Source of the DNA: Octopus bimaculoides
Taxonomy: Eukaryota
Assembly: GCF_001194135.2 (NCBI RefSeq)
Contig: NC_068988.1
Coordinates: forward strand, 29,551,168 to 29,615,167
Reading direction: 5' to 3'
Length of the DNA: 64,000 nucleotides
Shown: positions 39,110-53,098 of the stretch, piece by piece
Numbering within the stretch: the first letter of the stretch is position 1
Layout: each line of letters opens with the position of its first letter
Notes under the pieces: model-generated
What the model saw: only the letters and a program-made list of their open reading frames with translations
What the model was told of the DNA's origin: nothing
Database searches by the model: none
Program-made: the position numbers and the translations under genes

Positions 39110-39500
39110 AACAACTCTCAAGTCAATCTTGATCAAATATCTGTGAGACCCAGCATTCTCAGATCTGATCACCATTTATTCTCATATCTTCCTATATCTA
39201 ATTTTAACCTGCATATCATCCACTGAGAATGCACATTTTTCACCCTTTGTGTATCATCATTTCACATCCATTTTGTTTTATAACTGCTTTTAGATACATT
39301 GTCCAATACCTTTGATTTTTATCAGCCTTCACAGTCTTCTACACAAATCATCTTCCCATATCCAAACGATCGCACATAGTGGCTCATTTCTTTGTAGCTA
39401 AATCAGGTCTTTGGTGTTCATTGCTCGTGTTCTACTACCGTACATTATTCTTCTTATTTATGTTTCATACCTCATTACTTTACACAGAGAGAAGAACCTT
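39110..39500 (-). mobile_element. RTE-clade LINE, decayed C-terminal fragment
   Basis: Minus translation MYGSRTRAMNTKDLI*LQRNE (cf. MLYGSETWA..LERNE) and ..SDLRMLGLTD (cf. DLRTLGLTE). Confidence 0.65.
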
Positions 39501-39701
39501 TCTTTTTCTTTGTTGGCATTCTCCTTCAGTCCCAGATAAACTTTAACTGAGTTGATCTATAAACAAAGACATTCTAGCCATGACCAGCCTGTCTTTCTTT
39601 CCAATGCATTATATCTAGAACTATGTTATCAAAAATGTCCTTCTCCTTTTTTTTTATGATGGTGATGTGTATATAATATTTGGCTATTATTTCTAACAGG
39701 T

Positions 39702-39919
39702 CAAGGATGGTGAAATAGCAAAATTGTTAGCAGGCTGGCAAAATGCTTGGCAATATTTCTTCTGGCTTTATATTCTAAGTTCAAACACCACCAAGTTCGA
39801 CTTAGCCTTTCATCAAATTGAAGGTCGATAAAATAAGTACCAATCAAGCATTCAGCTCAAAGCACTTGACTTTCCCCTCCCATCAAAATTGTTAGTCAAG
39901 TGTCAAAGTTAGAAAGAGA
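39702..39919 (+). mobile_element. Family C SINE with 14-bp target-site duplication
   Basis: TSD tatttctaacaggt (39688-39701) / tatttctagcaggt (39920-39933). Confidence 0.85.
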
Positions 39920-40253
39920 TATTTCTAGCAGGTAGAAGCTCCCCGTCGTTGTCTTGAATAACCTTTTACTGTCAGCAGAAGTAAAAGTGCTGTGAACATC
40001 ATCAATCTCAGCTGTTTCCTTCAAATGAACCATCTCCTATCTGTTCTAATTGTATGAGTTGCGTTGTGCAACTAATACACAATTTACAGCAAGACACATA
40101 AACACTCCATCTTTGTTTCATGTCAGCTTTGACGTCATGCTTCACCATTCATGTGTAAATGTATTATTGATGTCCTGATATTAGTGTTCCTTGAAATATT
40201 AGACTTTACCAAGTGTGCGGATTTATATAGGTTTCATGGTGTTTGGTTGTAGG

Positions 40254-40292
<39 letters not shown>

Positions 40293-41689
40293 CACGAATG
40301 CAGAAAATAATGCCATTGTTACAAAATTGTAATGGTGGGTAAGGCATTATCAAAAGATGTAGAGGAAGTCAAAAAATAATGTGGGTTTTTTTTTAACCAA
40401 GTAAGCATTGAAATATTCAAATTGTAAAGAGAGATGAATGGTTATGTTTTATCTACAAAACTTCCAAAAATATTGACATTCAAATATGATTGCATGATTT
40501 GCCTCTTATGTTGCATGAGTTTTTGTAGTAATGTTGTTATATCAATATAATGTTTGGCTAAATACAACTTGCCTCAGCTTTACTTTTCTAATCAGGTTAT
40601 CACTTAATGTGAAGAACTGTTTTATCTTCACTGCTTCAATGAAATTCCAGTATGAGTAAATGATTATTTTATATAAACTTGAAAGGCAAAAAATTTGGCT
40701 TTTTTTCATTTGTTTTCTTTTATGCCTTACATGTTACATGTGCATATACATATGATAGAGCCAAAAAAAAAGCCTGCAGATAATAAATGGTTTCAAAATG
40801 CTAAACTGAATTTAAAACTAAAATAAAACAATAATAAAATAGACAATGAAAAAACGAAAAATAATAGATTTCATTGCGAAAAAGTAACTATAAAATAAGT
40901 GAGTGTACAGTGTAAAGGGAGGTGAAGTTCTGATGTTTCAGGCTTGGAAGATGTTCTTCAAAGATTTCATATAAAATTAATCAACTTCAAAAATTAAGAT
41001 AATTCTATTAAAACGGTGAAAACCTTATAAACATTGTTGTTGTTAATTTTTTTCCTCTATTAAAGCAAACCCCCTTCAAATTTAATGTAACCAGAGAAAG
41101 AAAAAGTATAGTTGATTTTCTCTTGATACTTAACCAATTAAATATATAGGATGGTTACTTTTATCACTTGAACCACTGAACTCCTATTTGTACTAGAGAT
41201 ATTAATTAACAGAACCTTCAATTTTCTGCAAGTATTCATTCAATTTTTACTTTTGTAATCTTAAGCAAACACTTTAGATTCTCTATCATTTCCCAAGAGT
41301 TTCACCTCAGCTGTCCCCTTGTGTTTGCAAAATGTTATGATATAGAAATAAATATGCTATCGTTATCTTAGCTACTTGCTTGGCAAGATTGATTTTTGTC
41401 CACAGAATTCAAGTATGCTATATTAATTCAACAAAGGAAAATTAACAAGTATCTGTATCAGGAAAAAGTCAATAGAGCTAAATGAAGATAAAAACTTCCT
41501 TAGTCACTTGATTTTTAATGTTAGTTTTGTTGAATTTTTCATCTTTTGTTTTTTCTTCAATGGAAATAACTTGATTTCTGAGATTCCGATTATATGGGGA
41601 GAAGATGAAATTTAAATTTTTATTAAATTAACTTAATTAATTTAATGACTTATCTCACATTTAAGCTTGGCCAATGAGATATATGCATT

Positions 41690-41935
41690 TGAAGACAGTT
41701 GTGTAAAGAAGTGCTGATCCCTAACTGTGGAGGGAACCTGTGGTAGAGGTAGGCCCAAGATGAGGTTGTGAAGCATGATCTCTGAATTTTGGGCTTCATA
41801 GAGGCAATGACCTTTGGCGATAATCTGTTCTTGAGAAGACCCATCAAGCCAAGTGAAATCACAGTCATGGCTAATGGTGGTGTCATGTAACCGGCACCTG
41901 TGCAGGTGGCACATGAACAGCACCTTTCAAGCATT
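41690..41935 (+). mobile_element. RTE LINE 3' fragment: ORF end plus start of the family A 3'UTR
   Basis: VKKC*SLTVEGTCGRGRPK, then ..VLEKTHQAK*, followed by ggcacctgtgcaggtggcac..agcacc units typical of family A. Confidence 0.75.
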
Positions 41936-44824
41936 GATTTTTAAAAAAGTGAATTTGTTGATATACAGTATTACAAAATCTATCCATCACCATGATTTCA
42001 AAAATGAAGCATAAGGACATACTCTCTGTAGCTTTCTACTATACATTACATGCTTTCTACCTTCATCTGCTAATTAAGAAAAGAAAAGAAAATTATTAAA
42101 AAAAAAAAACAGTAAAAAAAGGCAGTTAATGATTAAAGAATAAATTTCCTTCTCCATTTTCTCCTAAGATGGAATTTTCATTGTACATTGTGAATCTGTG
42201 ATGCAAAATATAATTAGACATATTTATGAATCTCATGGAATTAGAACTAACTGATGTGAGTGTATGTGTATGAGTACATGAGAGAGAGGGGGGTTGGGGA
42301 GAGAGAGTCCACTCCACCTTCCTGCCTATGATATAATCTTATTTGAAGAGTATTACTTAATTTATATATTTGAATATGTAGTCAAGTTACTAACTACTAG
42401 AGTATTGCGATTTCTGAGACATTAAGATCAACATCCTGAACTAGAAATTTGGTTAATTTATGAATGCTATTTCTATGCCACTAATATTGAATGGTGTAAA
42501 TTTCTGTTCGTTTAATTTTCAGTAGGAGTACCTTGGTTTCTCAGATCCTAATTATATGCAAGGAAAATAAAATTACATATAAATAATTTAATGAAAGCAT
42601 CTCAAAAAGAAAAAAGCCCAGATGTTTATGCCCCATGAATCTCAACTGCAATTAAGGATGCTTGGAGAGAATGAATTGATATATTTACATTAACAGGCTA
42701 CAAGGAATCCAAAGATTCAATTTCGAATGATGAAAATGCTAAGGCAAACTTAATATTTTCTTCATGCACAAATTTTAAAATATTCCAGTGTTTGTGTCAT
42801 TTTATTATAATCCTTCAATTGTGTTCAAATCTTGCCAGAGTTGACTCCCACTTTTATTTCTTCAGTAGTTGATAAAACAGATTCTGGTGATATATTGAGG
42901 ATGATTCAACCAGCTACACCCTTCCCTAAAACCTGTAGCTTAGTATTACAAATTTATTATTTAAATTTTACAGAATTATTTTTCTGTTACATTGCTTACA
43001 ATTCAAGAGATTAAATCTGAATGGAAATGCATACTAGTAATAGAGACAAAGAAACAAAGCTGAAATTATATCAAAATTTCTGACAAAAATTTAGTAACCT
43101 TTATAAGCATAATCATATAAAAAGTAATTTTCTTAACAACTCAAATAAATCTTACTAGTTTACTTTTGCTCCTGAATAACTAGTATTTGTTTTCCTGACC
43201 ACTTTTTCATAATTCTAATCGTGACTTTCTAAAAAATTTTATGTATAGTTTCAATGTTGTGAAGTAATAGTTTTAGTTTGTACTGTGAAGAAAAGATAGA
43301 TACCATTTCCTGATATTCAACAGAAGTGTGATATCTTAGCAAAAATACACTGAATAACTTAAAACAATAGATATCAGAACAATTAACTGGTATTGTTTAT
43401 GTTAACAAAATGCATTTTTGTTACAATAACCAAAATAACAGCATAAAGATGTTATACAAGTCATTGTAATTCATGCTATCATGTACAAATGAGTTGACTT
43501 GATCATTGTAATGGTGATGATAATAGTAATAAAGAGGAAATGTGAATCAGTGGGGCATGTGTGTATTTTGAAATCCAGACAACTTACAGTTGATGTAGTA
43601 AGGCTCTTGTAAAAACTTTCATATTGCTTGTCTGCAGTGCATTATTGGAAGCATTCTTTGTAAAGAGGTATTTGATTCAGAAATATTTGTTAAGTCTGTG
43701 TAAGTTGATGGCTGATTTTATGATTACTTAACTCCAGCTGCACTTACTGGTGTGAGCAAGACATCAGGAAGGAACTTTTGAAAACCACAATGGCATTCAG
43801 CTTATTGTACTTGATATTGTTTTATTTTTACTTGAGTGATGATGAGTGGTCGGGTCATTTAGAGGAAGAAACTGGGCGAAGGGTCTAGTTGTGCACATAT
43901 ATAATGTGTATATATATATATATATATNNNNNNNNNNNNNNNNNNNNNNNNNNNNNNNNNNNNNNNNNNNNNNNNNNNNNNNNNNNNNNNNNNNNNNNNN
44001 NNNNNNNNNNNNNNNNNNNNNNNNNNNNNNNNNNNNNNNNNNNNNNNNNNNNNNNNNNNNNNNNNNNNNNNNNNNNNNNNNNNNNNNNNNNNNNNNNNNN
44101 NNNNNNNNNNNNNNNNNNNNNNNNNNNNNNNNNNNNNNNNNNNNNNNNNNNNNNNNNNNNNNNNNNNNNNNNNNNNNNNNNNNNNNNNNNNNNNNNNNNN
44201 NNNNNNNNNNNNNNNNNNNNNNNNNNNNNNNNNNNNNNNNNNNNNNNNNNNNNNNNNNNNNNNNNNNNNNNNNNNNNNNNNNNNNNNNNNNNNNNNNNNN
44301 NNNNNNNNNNNNNNNNNNNNNNNNNNNNNNNNNNNNNNNNNNNNNNNNNNNNNNNNNNNNNNNNNNNNNNNNNNNNNNNNNNNNNNNNNNNNNNNNNNNN
44401 NNNNNNNNNNNNNNNNNNNNNNNNNNNNNNNNNNNNNNNNNNNNNNNNNNNNNNNNNNNNNNNNNNNNNNNNNNNNNNNNNNNNNNNNNNNNNNNNNNNN
44501 NNNNNNNNNNNNNNNNNNNNNNNNNNNNNNNNNNNNNNNNNNNNNNNNNNNNNNNNNNNNNNNNNNNNNNNNNNNNNNNNNNNNNNNNNNNNNNNNNNNN
44601 NNNNNNNNNNNNNNNNNNNNNNNNNNNNNNNNNNNNNNNNNNNNNNNNNNNNNNNNNNNNNNNNNNNNNNNNNNNNNNNNNNNNNNNNNNNNNNNNNNNN
44701 NNNNNNNNNNNNNNNNNNNNNNNNNNNNNNNNNNNNNNNNNNNNNNNNNNNNNNNNNNNNNNNNNNNNNNNNNNNNNNNNNNNNNNNNNNNNNNNNNNNN
44801 NNNNNNNNNNNNNNNNNNNNNNNN

Positions 44825-45015
44825 GGGTGACACGTAAAAGCACCCACTACACTCTCTGAGTGGTTGGCGTTAGGAAGGGCATCCAGCTGTAGAAACTCTG
44901 CCAAATCAGACTGGAGCCTGGTGTTGCCATCCGGTTTCACCAGTCCTCAGTCAAATCGTCCAACCCATGCTAGCATGGAAAGCGGACGTTAAACGATGAT
45001 GATGATGATGATGAT
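44825..45015 (+). mobile_element. Family A element (young), 5' end in gap
   Basis: Nearly identical to 24078-24250. Confidence 0.9.
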
Positions 45016-45029
45016 ATATACAAACACAT

Positions 45030-45073
<44 letters not shown>

Positions 45074-45094
45074 ACACAGTGCTATCAGAACTCA

Positions 45095-45830
45095 GTTTCA
45101 CCAAAATGGATGGGTCTTCTTGAGAACTGCATATATATTGCCAGTCCTCCTGGTTTTTGTTCATCTCCCCCTTGATGTTCAAGGTCCTGAAATCAGCTTT
45201 CACCACTTTTTTCCATATCTTCCTAGGTCTTCCTCATCCGCAAGTTCCAGTCGCATTTAGCTATCGGCACTTCTTTATACAGCTGTCCTCATCCATATGC
45301 AGTCTTCTTTCTTGCCCACTACATCTTATTCCTCTAATACCCAATTTTTGTCTCAGCACATTTATACTATGTTGTCCATGCACACTTATATTGTACATTC
45401 ACTGGAGCATGCTCACTTCATTTCTGTCCAGCCTTCTCATGTTCTCCACTTTCAAGGCCTGTATCTCACTACACTACCGCATCACTTTTGTAACACAAGC
45501 ATCATGTAATCTACCTTTCACTCTGAGGGGAAAGACCTTTGCTGCTAAGTGGTAATAGCTCCCTGAACTTTCCTCAACCTCTTCTTACTCTGGTTACTGT
45601 ACTTTCAGATCAGTCACCTCCCTCAAAAAGAAAGTTGGTGTGATCATGGATTGAATACTTATGATCGTAGACCTTCTCAGTCAAAACTAATCTGGGGCTA
45701 CAAAGTAACAACTTTTCACCATCAGCTTCTTGACATAAAAGAAATCTTTTAGCTCATTGTATAAACCTGAGTCTCCACATTTCATAGTTCTTTTTGACGT
45801 TACTTAGTCTTAAAGTTATCAAATCCACAT
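45095..45830 (-). mobile_element. RTE-clade LINE, decayed C-terminal ORF fragment
   Basis: Minus translation gives RRG*GKFRELLP..KGLSLRVKGRLHDAC, ENMRRLDRNEVSML and MDEDSCIKKC..GTCG*GRPRKIWKKVVKADFRTL..W, ending AVLKKTH. The part above about 45600 is fainter. Confidence 0.85.
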
Positions 45831-45974
45831 CAAAAGATTTAGCTTCTTTCTTGGAGCCAATATTTATGTGAGCTCTGAGATACGGAATAACTAAAAAAAA
45901 CTCAAATTCCAACCAGCTATAGTGTATTGATTTTTTTTATTTAGAATGTTACTCTTTCTGTTAAAACACAAAGA

Positions 45975-46195
45975 AGTCTCTACTTGGTTAGTAACCTGCT
46001 AGAAATAGCAGCTAAATATTCTTAAAATCACATTTTGTTATCTTATAAAAAGAACAGACACATTGAATGTTAACATACAAAGATATACAATGTCTGAAAA
46101 AGGAAAAAAAAAATATTGAACGATCATAGCTGGAATGCTTTTGATCATGGATCTTGTGGATTAAAGCTGATCTGGGCTAAACAGCAACAACAACT
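45975..46195 (+). repeat. Family E unclassified dispersed repeat (other copies at about 2262-2432, 15985-16120, 28955-29020, 29735-29810, 32560-32735, 35905-36000, 36765-37170, 39535-39935, 57905-58050)
   Basis: Shared motifs ctgctagaaatagcagc.aaat..aaatcaca and ggaatg.tttgatcat..ctg.ggctaaa in either orientation. Confidence 0.6.
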
Positions 46196-48209
46196 TATAT
46201 GCTAGATTAAATCCTGACTGAAGTCATTTACCTGAGTAACGGGTTCCTTTAAATATTCAACCTATAAATGCTGTTGTTATTATTTTACTCCAGGTCAATG
46301 ATAAAAGAAAGGTGCTTCAAAAGTAATCGCAAAAAAAAAAAAGATAAATAAAAAATAAATAAAATAAAAATCAGTATTAGTTGAGTTGAATACAGCTGTG
46401 AAGAGAAGCAATATTGAACCAAAAGATCGATACAAATGAAGCCTGCAATACCTAGATAAAGCCCTGTTAGCATGGAATGTAGTGCATTGAGGAAAGAACA
46501 ACTCCAAGAAACTATAAAATTGTTTTATGAAGCATACAAGCATGACTGCTACTCCCATCTCTTATAAACAATTTTGATCATGGCTTTATTGTTATCTGCA
46601 TATTGAAATAACTGGTAGAAAAAGTGTATGTCTGTAGAGTATGGTTATGTACGTTTGCATAAAAATATAAATATATCAAGATGACAATAAAATGAAGTTA
46701 TTTCGAATGCTATTTATTCAGATGTTACATAGAATATGTGGGGAAAGCTGTCTGTCGTTCTAAGTAATTACTGATCCTACTGGAAAGCAATTTCTATTCT
46801 AGCAATTGTAGGAACCTGGTAGAGCAAGATTTCTTGGTAAAAGTGGAATACTAGCCAGCTCTGTGATAATTTCTTAGGAGAGATCAGATGCTTATAGCTT
46901 ATTTCATTATATAGACAGAAAGATTGAATATACATACATAGCTTAAGCCTAAAATATTAATCAAATAGAGAATATTTAATGAACTAAAAGAAAATTTCTG
47001 GTTAGGCACATGATCATTATGTAGAGTTCTTGACAAAATAGACTCATATTAAAAATAAGATAATAAAATAAAAGCCAGATTACTACTGGCACTCAAACAG
47101 ATGTGTGAGAAATTGTCATAAAAGATAGAGAATATGTCTTGAGTTTAATGGCAATGGTAGCAGCAATAATGACCCACCCCTTCCACCACCACCACCACCG
47201 CGACCACCATTTTGCACTGATGTTTTTTTTTTTTTCCAAATCTTGCATAGGTTGGAAGGAGTAACAATAGAGGAAACCAGCCTCTTTGTTCTTTGTATAT
47301 CGTAAGGTGTGGATTGAGTGCATTTTCTATCCGACTGCCGTCTCTAGAAAGAATGACTTGCACATGAGAATTAAAAGATCCCCCCCCCCAGCCTACAATA
47401 TGGCCTGCAGAGTCCTTATCTCAATTCTGAACTACATTCTCAAGTGTGGTAGAATATGTATTAGAGATCAGTATCACTATGTAAAGATAGGTCTCTGGCT
47501 GCCATAGTGACCTCTCTAGGATAATTAGGTTGATAATTGAATCTCTATGCAACAAATAACCTTGGTGGGTGATGTGATGTGATGTACTCCAGCAAGTATC
47601 TTGATGAAGGACTACAAAAGGTGCTGAGACCAAGGGCAAGACACAGAACTACTGTGGATATTTTTTGGTGTGATTTCTATATTTGGATGCCCTTCTTATC
47701 ACTAACCCTATTTACAGAGTTTACAGAGTATGATGGGTGCATTTTTGAGCCACTAGCATGAGGGGGTTATCACATTTAGGAGAATTAATGAGACCCCTTT
47801 CCTTATGCCCATTCTAATTCAAAGTCATTGTGTACTACAGTACTTCATATTACCATACACCATTTGTCTTACATAGTCCTGCATCTTGTTACTCACTATT
47901 GTCCATTACTCCTTATCTATTATGACCCTTTATTTAACCATCTACCGCCCTCTCTCCATCTGGTGTGATCCTTCATCTAACTACCTGCCATTATCATTCA
48001 CCACATCACCTTCTGTGGTTCTTTGTCTTCCAGGAATTTAGCTACTAAGTTATTTATCATTTCTATGTCCATTCTCCATGCTTATATGGGTTGGACAGTT
48101 CATCAAGGTCTGAGTTAATTCTTATTTGGAGTTAATGTGGGCCAAGAAAACCATGTTTCACTTGTATATTCTGTTTTTGGTGGTGGTCATTGCCATCTTA
48201 TCATCATCT

Positions 48210-48243
<34 letters not shown>

Positions 48244-48676
48244 ATAGGATTCAAAATTGTTTCAAGACTTTTTTCATTTACTTTAATAGTTAGTCATTGA
48301 ATTAACAGCATGAAAATCATTTTTGTTAAAAAGTTAAATGTGTTAGCTTAACAGTTGATCACAAATTGCATCAGTCAGTTTTATTGACTAATATGTTGGA
48401 AACTGTGAATTAGTGTTATCTTTTACTCTTTTACTCTTATAAATTGATTATTTTCTCTTGGCCTGGCAGAGAATTGCTAGGCTAGTTTCCTTGCATTAAT
48501 ACCATTCATCCTACCATTTGTATTTTTAACCTATTCATTTGGTGCCTGTCAATTAGTGGACGTGTACTTTTAGCTTAAAATAAATCTGCATAAATCACAC
48601 ATGTTATTACCAACAATATTCTAAAAGTCATTTATATTTCTGAAAGATTTCTCCTGACACAATATTGTGAAATGCA

Positions 48677-48760
48677 TGGCGGTGAGCTGGCAGAAACGTT
48701 AGCATGCTGGGCGAAATGCTTAGCAGTATTTTGTCTGTCTTTACATTCTGAGTTCAAATG
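48677..48760 (+). mobile_element. Family C SINE head only
   Basis: ggcggtgagctggcagaaacgttagcatgctgggcgaaatgcttagc..gagttcaaat. Confidence 0.8.
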
Positions 48761-49305
48761 CCTAGAGCAGAAAAGAATATTGGGAAATGCACAAATGAGA
48801 TCTGCTTAGACTCATGTTTATTTCCTGTTTTGGGTTTTTTTTTTTTTTTGTAGATCTTTCATAAATGACTGTTGCTTGCAAAATATAAGATGTCAGTTTA
48901 ATATTTAGCTTTTAAATCTATTTGTAGATATTTCTATATTTATTTCAAAGCAGAAAAAAAAAAACATAAGGCTCCTCACCATACCAAANNNNNNNNNNNN
49001 NNNNNNNNNNNNNNNNNNNNNNNNNNNNNNNNNNNNNNNNNNNNNNNNNNNNNNNNNNNNNNNNNNNNNNNNNNNNNNNNNNNNNNNNNNNNNNNNNNNN
49101 NNNNNNNNNNNNNNNNNNNNNNNNNNNNNNNNNNNNNNNNNNNNNNNNNNNNNNNNNNNNNNNNNNNNNNNNNNNNNNNNNNNNNNNNNNNNNNNNNNNN
49201 NNNNNNNNNNNNNNNNNNNNNNNNNNNNNNNNNNNNNNNNNNNNNNNNNNNNNNNNNNNNNNNNNNNNNNNNNNNNNNNNNNNNNNNNNNNNNNNNNNNN
49301 NNNNN

Positions 49306-49376
<71 letters not shown>

Positions 49377-50862
49377 GTTAGATTCTACACACATGCAAAA
49401 GTGAGAGTGTGTATGTGTCCTTTTAAATACCTCCGAAAGTGCAGAAAATCTGTCAGTATGTATGTGAGAGAGTGATACATATATAGTATGTGTGAGAGCC
49501 TATAAGTGTGTGTATATAAATAGCTGTAGGTGCTGAAGATATATATGTCAGGGTTATATCAGTGTATAGAACAGATAGAGATACAGTGTACAAGAAATAG
49601 AGATAAAGTGTATGAGAAATTGTATTTGTAAGAAAGACTGTTATGTAAGTCTTTAATTTAAAGTATGTGACGTGTATCTTTGACTGTTATAAGAAGTTTA
49701 TCTCACAGTTTAGCATCACCAACTGGCCTGTGGGTACCTTTAGCAGAGTCAAATTTCTTGCAAGCATCTGAGTCAGGTTTCTAGTTTGGGGATAACTTCC
49801 TTTCTTCTTCCTACCAGTGTCAGAGGCCCTGGAAAAGATCATGGAGTAACACCTTGGTCTTCTTCTCTTACTAAGCAGTGTAGACAAAGATTTTTTTTTT
49901 ATAAAATTAAAATCTCCAATTGAAATGCCCTAAAGAAAAAGCAGCACTTAAACACCATGGGTAGCTCCAATCAGATTCCTTTTATGTAGCATCCTACATG
50001 ATGCCAACCTTTATAAAATGACCCACAAATAGGAGTCTTTAGGTATGGTTTAGATTTTATTTAGTATTATTATTTAGTTGCTGAAATACAGTACAAGTTT
50101 GATTTAATCGACTAACATTTTCTTCCAGTTTTCTGGCCATTTGCCTATGAAAGAAATCATTATTGTTATTATCATTTGTAGGACATTCACATTGCTAGAG
50201 GCTATGGTCTTTATATTCACTGATATTAGATTATCACAAGATCTGTTAATTCTCTTCAGACCATCCTTTTATACCACAAGAAATGAAAACGGAATTTTGT
50301 AGTTATGTTAGAACATGAAGCAGTTTTTAAGAATAAGAGATGTCAACCATTTCATCATTCATTATTCATAATATGCTAACACATCTGAGCTCAGTTAAGC
50401 AGTTCTGTCACGTTCAGATAAACAGGATGGCTTATGATATCATTAGTAATGCTATCTATTGTGCATACACCTATACAACATGTTATACAGATGCAGACAC
50501 ATTTACCTATGTATGTCCATGAATATAACTATACATAGTAATATCGTATTAATTCAAGTTACATATATCCCTTTTAGAATTGTATTAAAAATATCTGGAA
50601 TGTTTTAACCAATTATTTTAATGACACATACAACATTTATAACATAACCTCATTGATATCAACAGCATGCTATGACAGCATTTAAAACATTTCCCTTTTA
50701 AGAGCTGTCATCTTCAGGATGTTATTTTTACTTAGATTCAGTTTTATTTCATATATTTTATTCGTTTGCTTCAAAATTTAATATACATTAGTCTTATTGC
50801 CCCTAGTTTAGAAGATTAATTGGCTGGACATCAATCTAGAATTGTAAAGCATCTACATCTTT

Positions 50863-50909
<47 letters not shown>

Positions 50910-51010
50910 ACACATATATTCTAATAAACTTANNNNNNNNNNCACATATATTCTAATAAACTTATGTTTATGTCTACATACATGCATACTCTCTCTCTCC
51001 TCTCTCTCTC

Positions 51011-51044
<34 letters not shown>

Positions 51045-51654
51045 TACACACACACACACACATGAATGGGAAGAAAGAAAAGTCAAAGAATCAATCACTT
51101 TTTTTTCCTCAGCCAGAAGTATAAATGTCAACTGACCATCTCCAAGATTTATTCATTTCAATGAAATTCCAAGTCTACATATGTGGGTGAAGCAGAATCT
51201 AAACCTTCTAGTTATATGCTAAAGAGCAATCTTGCTCTAATAGGTCAAGCTAATGAGGAACAATGGAACCCTTTCCTGAACAGTAAATTGTACAAATACC
51301 TTTACAAATATTGAACAGAAATTAAGGTTATCTATTAATAGCTAACTTTCTAAATTTGCTTTAAATATTGATATGTGAGAATATGTTCATTCTGCTCTGT
51401 ATTGACAAATGAAAGGAAATAGCTTATTTCCTTTCAATACTTTTCAAAGAAACAAAATTCTTTGATATTGCGCATGGTAAATCTACAAAAAAGCAAATAG
51501 CATCTAAAGAACTCTTTATTTAATAATTGAAAGGGAGTTTTCGCTAATGATTTATTTTTTATTCTCTTTTGTTGTTGAGATGGTTTTCTAGCGTTATAGG
51601 TGATTAATCTGTATTGGGCAATAAAATAATATAAATTAAATATTGATTTGCTTC

Positions 51655-51814
51655 AGGCGTGGCTGTGCGATTAAGGTGTTTGATTTTCAAACATGAGCTC
51701 GTAAGTTCAATCCTACTGCTTGGCATTCTGTGCAAGTCTCTTCTACCATAGCCTTGGGTTGACTAATACCATATAAGTGAAATTTGGGTGACAGAAACTA
51801 TGGAGAAACCCATG

Positions 51815-51815
<1 letters not shown>
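51655..51815 (+). mobile_element. Family B SINE head
   Basis: caggcgtggctgtgcgattaag..aagttcaatcc..tgcaagtctcttctaccatagcc. Confidence 0.75.
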
Positions 51816-51884
<69 letters not shown>

Positions 51885-52199
51885 ATACATACAGAGGGAC
51901 AGGGAGATTAATATCTTTCCAATGTATATTAGCAAAGGATGTGAACATTGGTGAAAATCCAATGTTCTTCAAATGAAAACTTTGTGAAAATGAAATCCTT
52001 TTTCACCAAATTACAGACACACCTTTATCACTCTTGCCATTGGAGATTGCCTCATTGTAAACTTGCAATCAATGACAGTCAGTTACAAACTGTGCTGTGT
52101 AATAAAAAAAAATAATTCTCAAACATTTGTAAATGGTGTACTGCTCCAACAACTTTATTCCTAAAACACTGTTTCTTCATCCATTTCTAATCATAGTAT

Positions 52200-52500
52200 T
52201 TACATTTCAGCAAGACACCTATCTCTGTCCCTCTATACCTTTAATCTTTCAACCATATCCCTCCCTCAGTACCACTCCCCACTTCCAGTTGAAAGATCTT
52301 TGTCTTGCAAGGTCCTTGGTAACCCTGTCAGTGCTGGTGTCATGTAAGAAGCACCCAGTATGCTCTGTAAAGTGGTTGGCATTAGGAAGGGCATTCAGCT
52401 GTAGAAACCTTGCTAAAACAGACAATGGAGCCTGGTGCAGCTCTTGGCCTTGCTAGCTTCTGTCAAGTCATCCAACCCATGTCAGCATGGAAAAATGTCT
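52200..52500 (+). mobile_element. Family A element with pyrimidine-rich 5' extension
   Basis: C/T-rich stretch, then agcacccagtatgctctgtaaagtggttggcattaggaagggc..ccaacccatgtcagcatgg. Confidence 0.75.
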
Positions 52501-52504
52501 TGTT

Positions 52505-52672
52505 GCTCTAGCACTTCACATTCTGAGTTCAAGTCCCACCTAGACCAACTTTCCCTTTAATCCTTTTAGGACCGAAAAAAATTAAAATAACAATCAAATA
52601 CTAGGGTTGAGATAACTGGCTATGTCCCTCCTCTCAAAACTGTTAGCCTTGTGCCAGAACTTGAAACCATTA
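52505..52672 (+). mobile_element. Family C SINE, 5'-truncated
   Basis: cacattctgagttcaagtccc..tccttttaggaccg..gccttgtgccagaac. Confidence 0.65.
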
Positions 52673-53098
52673 TTATTAATACTGAACAAAATTATTCTAA
52701 GCTGTTAGCAGCATTCTAAACGGTCACTGTGTTGTAGTTTGTCATCACAGATGATATAATAAAATTAAGTCTGAAGACTTTTGAATCAGGTGAATAGACA
52801 GAGGACGTGTAGTAAATGATCTTGTGAGTAATCACAGATAATCTTGTAACAATATACAAAATTTACCTATAAAATAACCAACCATTTTCACCTATAACTC
52901 TTCATTTCAACAGATTTTGAAATGGAATGTGAAACTACATTTAGAGTTTCTTTTATTTCCAATAGTAAATTTATGCAATTTTCAAAACCAATTTTTCTGA
53001 AGTTTTCTAAATGTTTTTAATTTTCATTTTCACCATTTATCACTATTGATTTATCTTTATTTTCTCATTTTGTTTTGCAGGTACTCTAAATATTAATC

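Noticed and set aside
40925-40965. Minus-strand ttgaaga..cctgaaac resembling a Penelope-type hammerhead
   Set aside because: Core and stem II are mismatched; at best a dead relic.
43797-44940. Long ORFs of 300+ aa here, and similar gap-spanning ORFs at 56990-57570 and 59980-61043
   Set aside because: They are stop-free only because they run through N gaps.
50911-50964. 22-bp direct repeat cacatatattctaataaactta on both sides of a 10-N gap
   Set aside because: Typical unmerged contig overlap, an assembly artefact.
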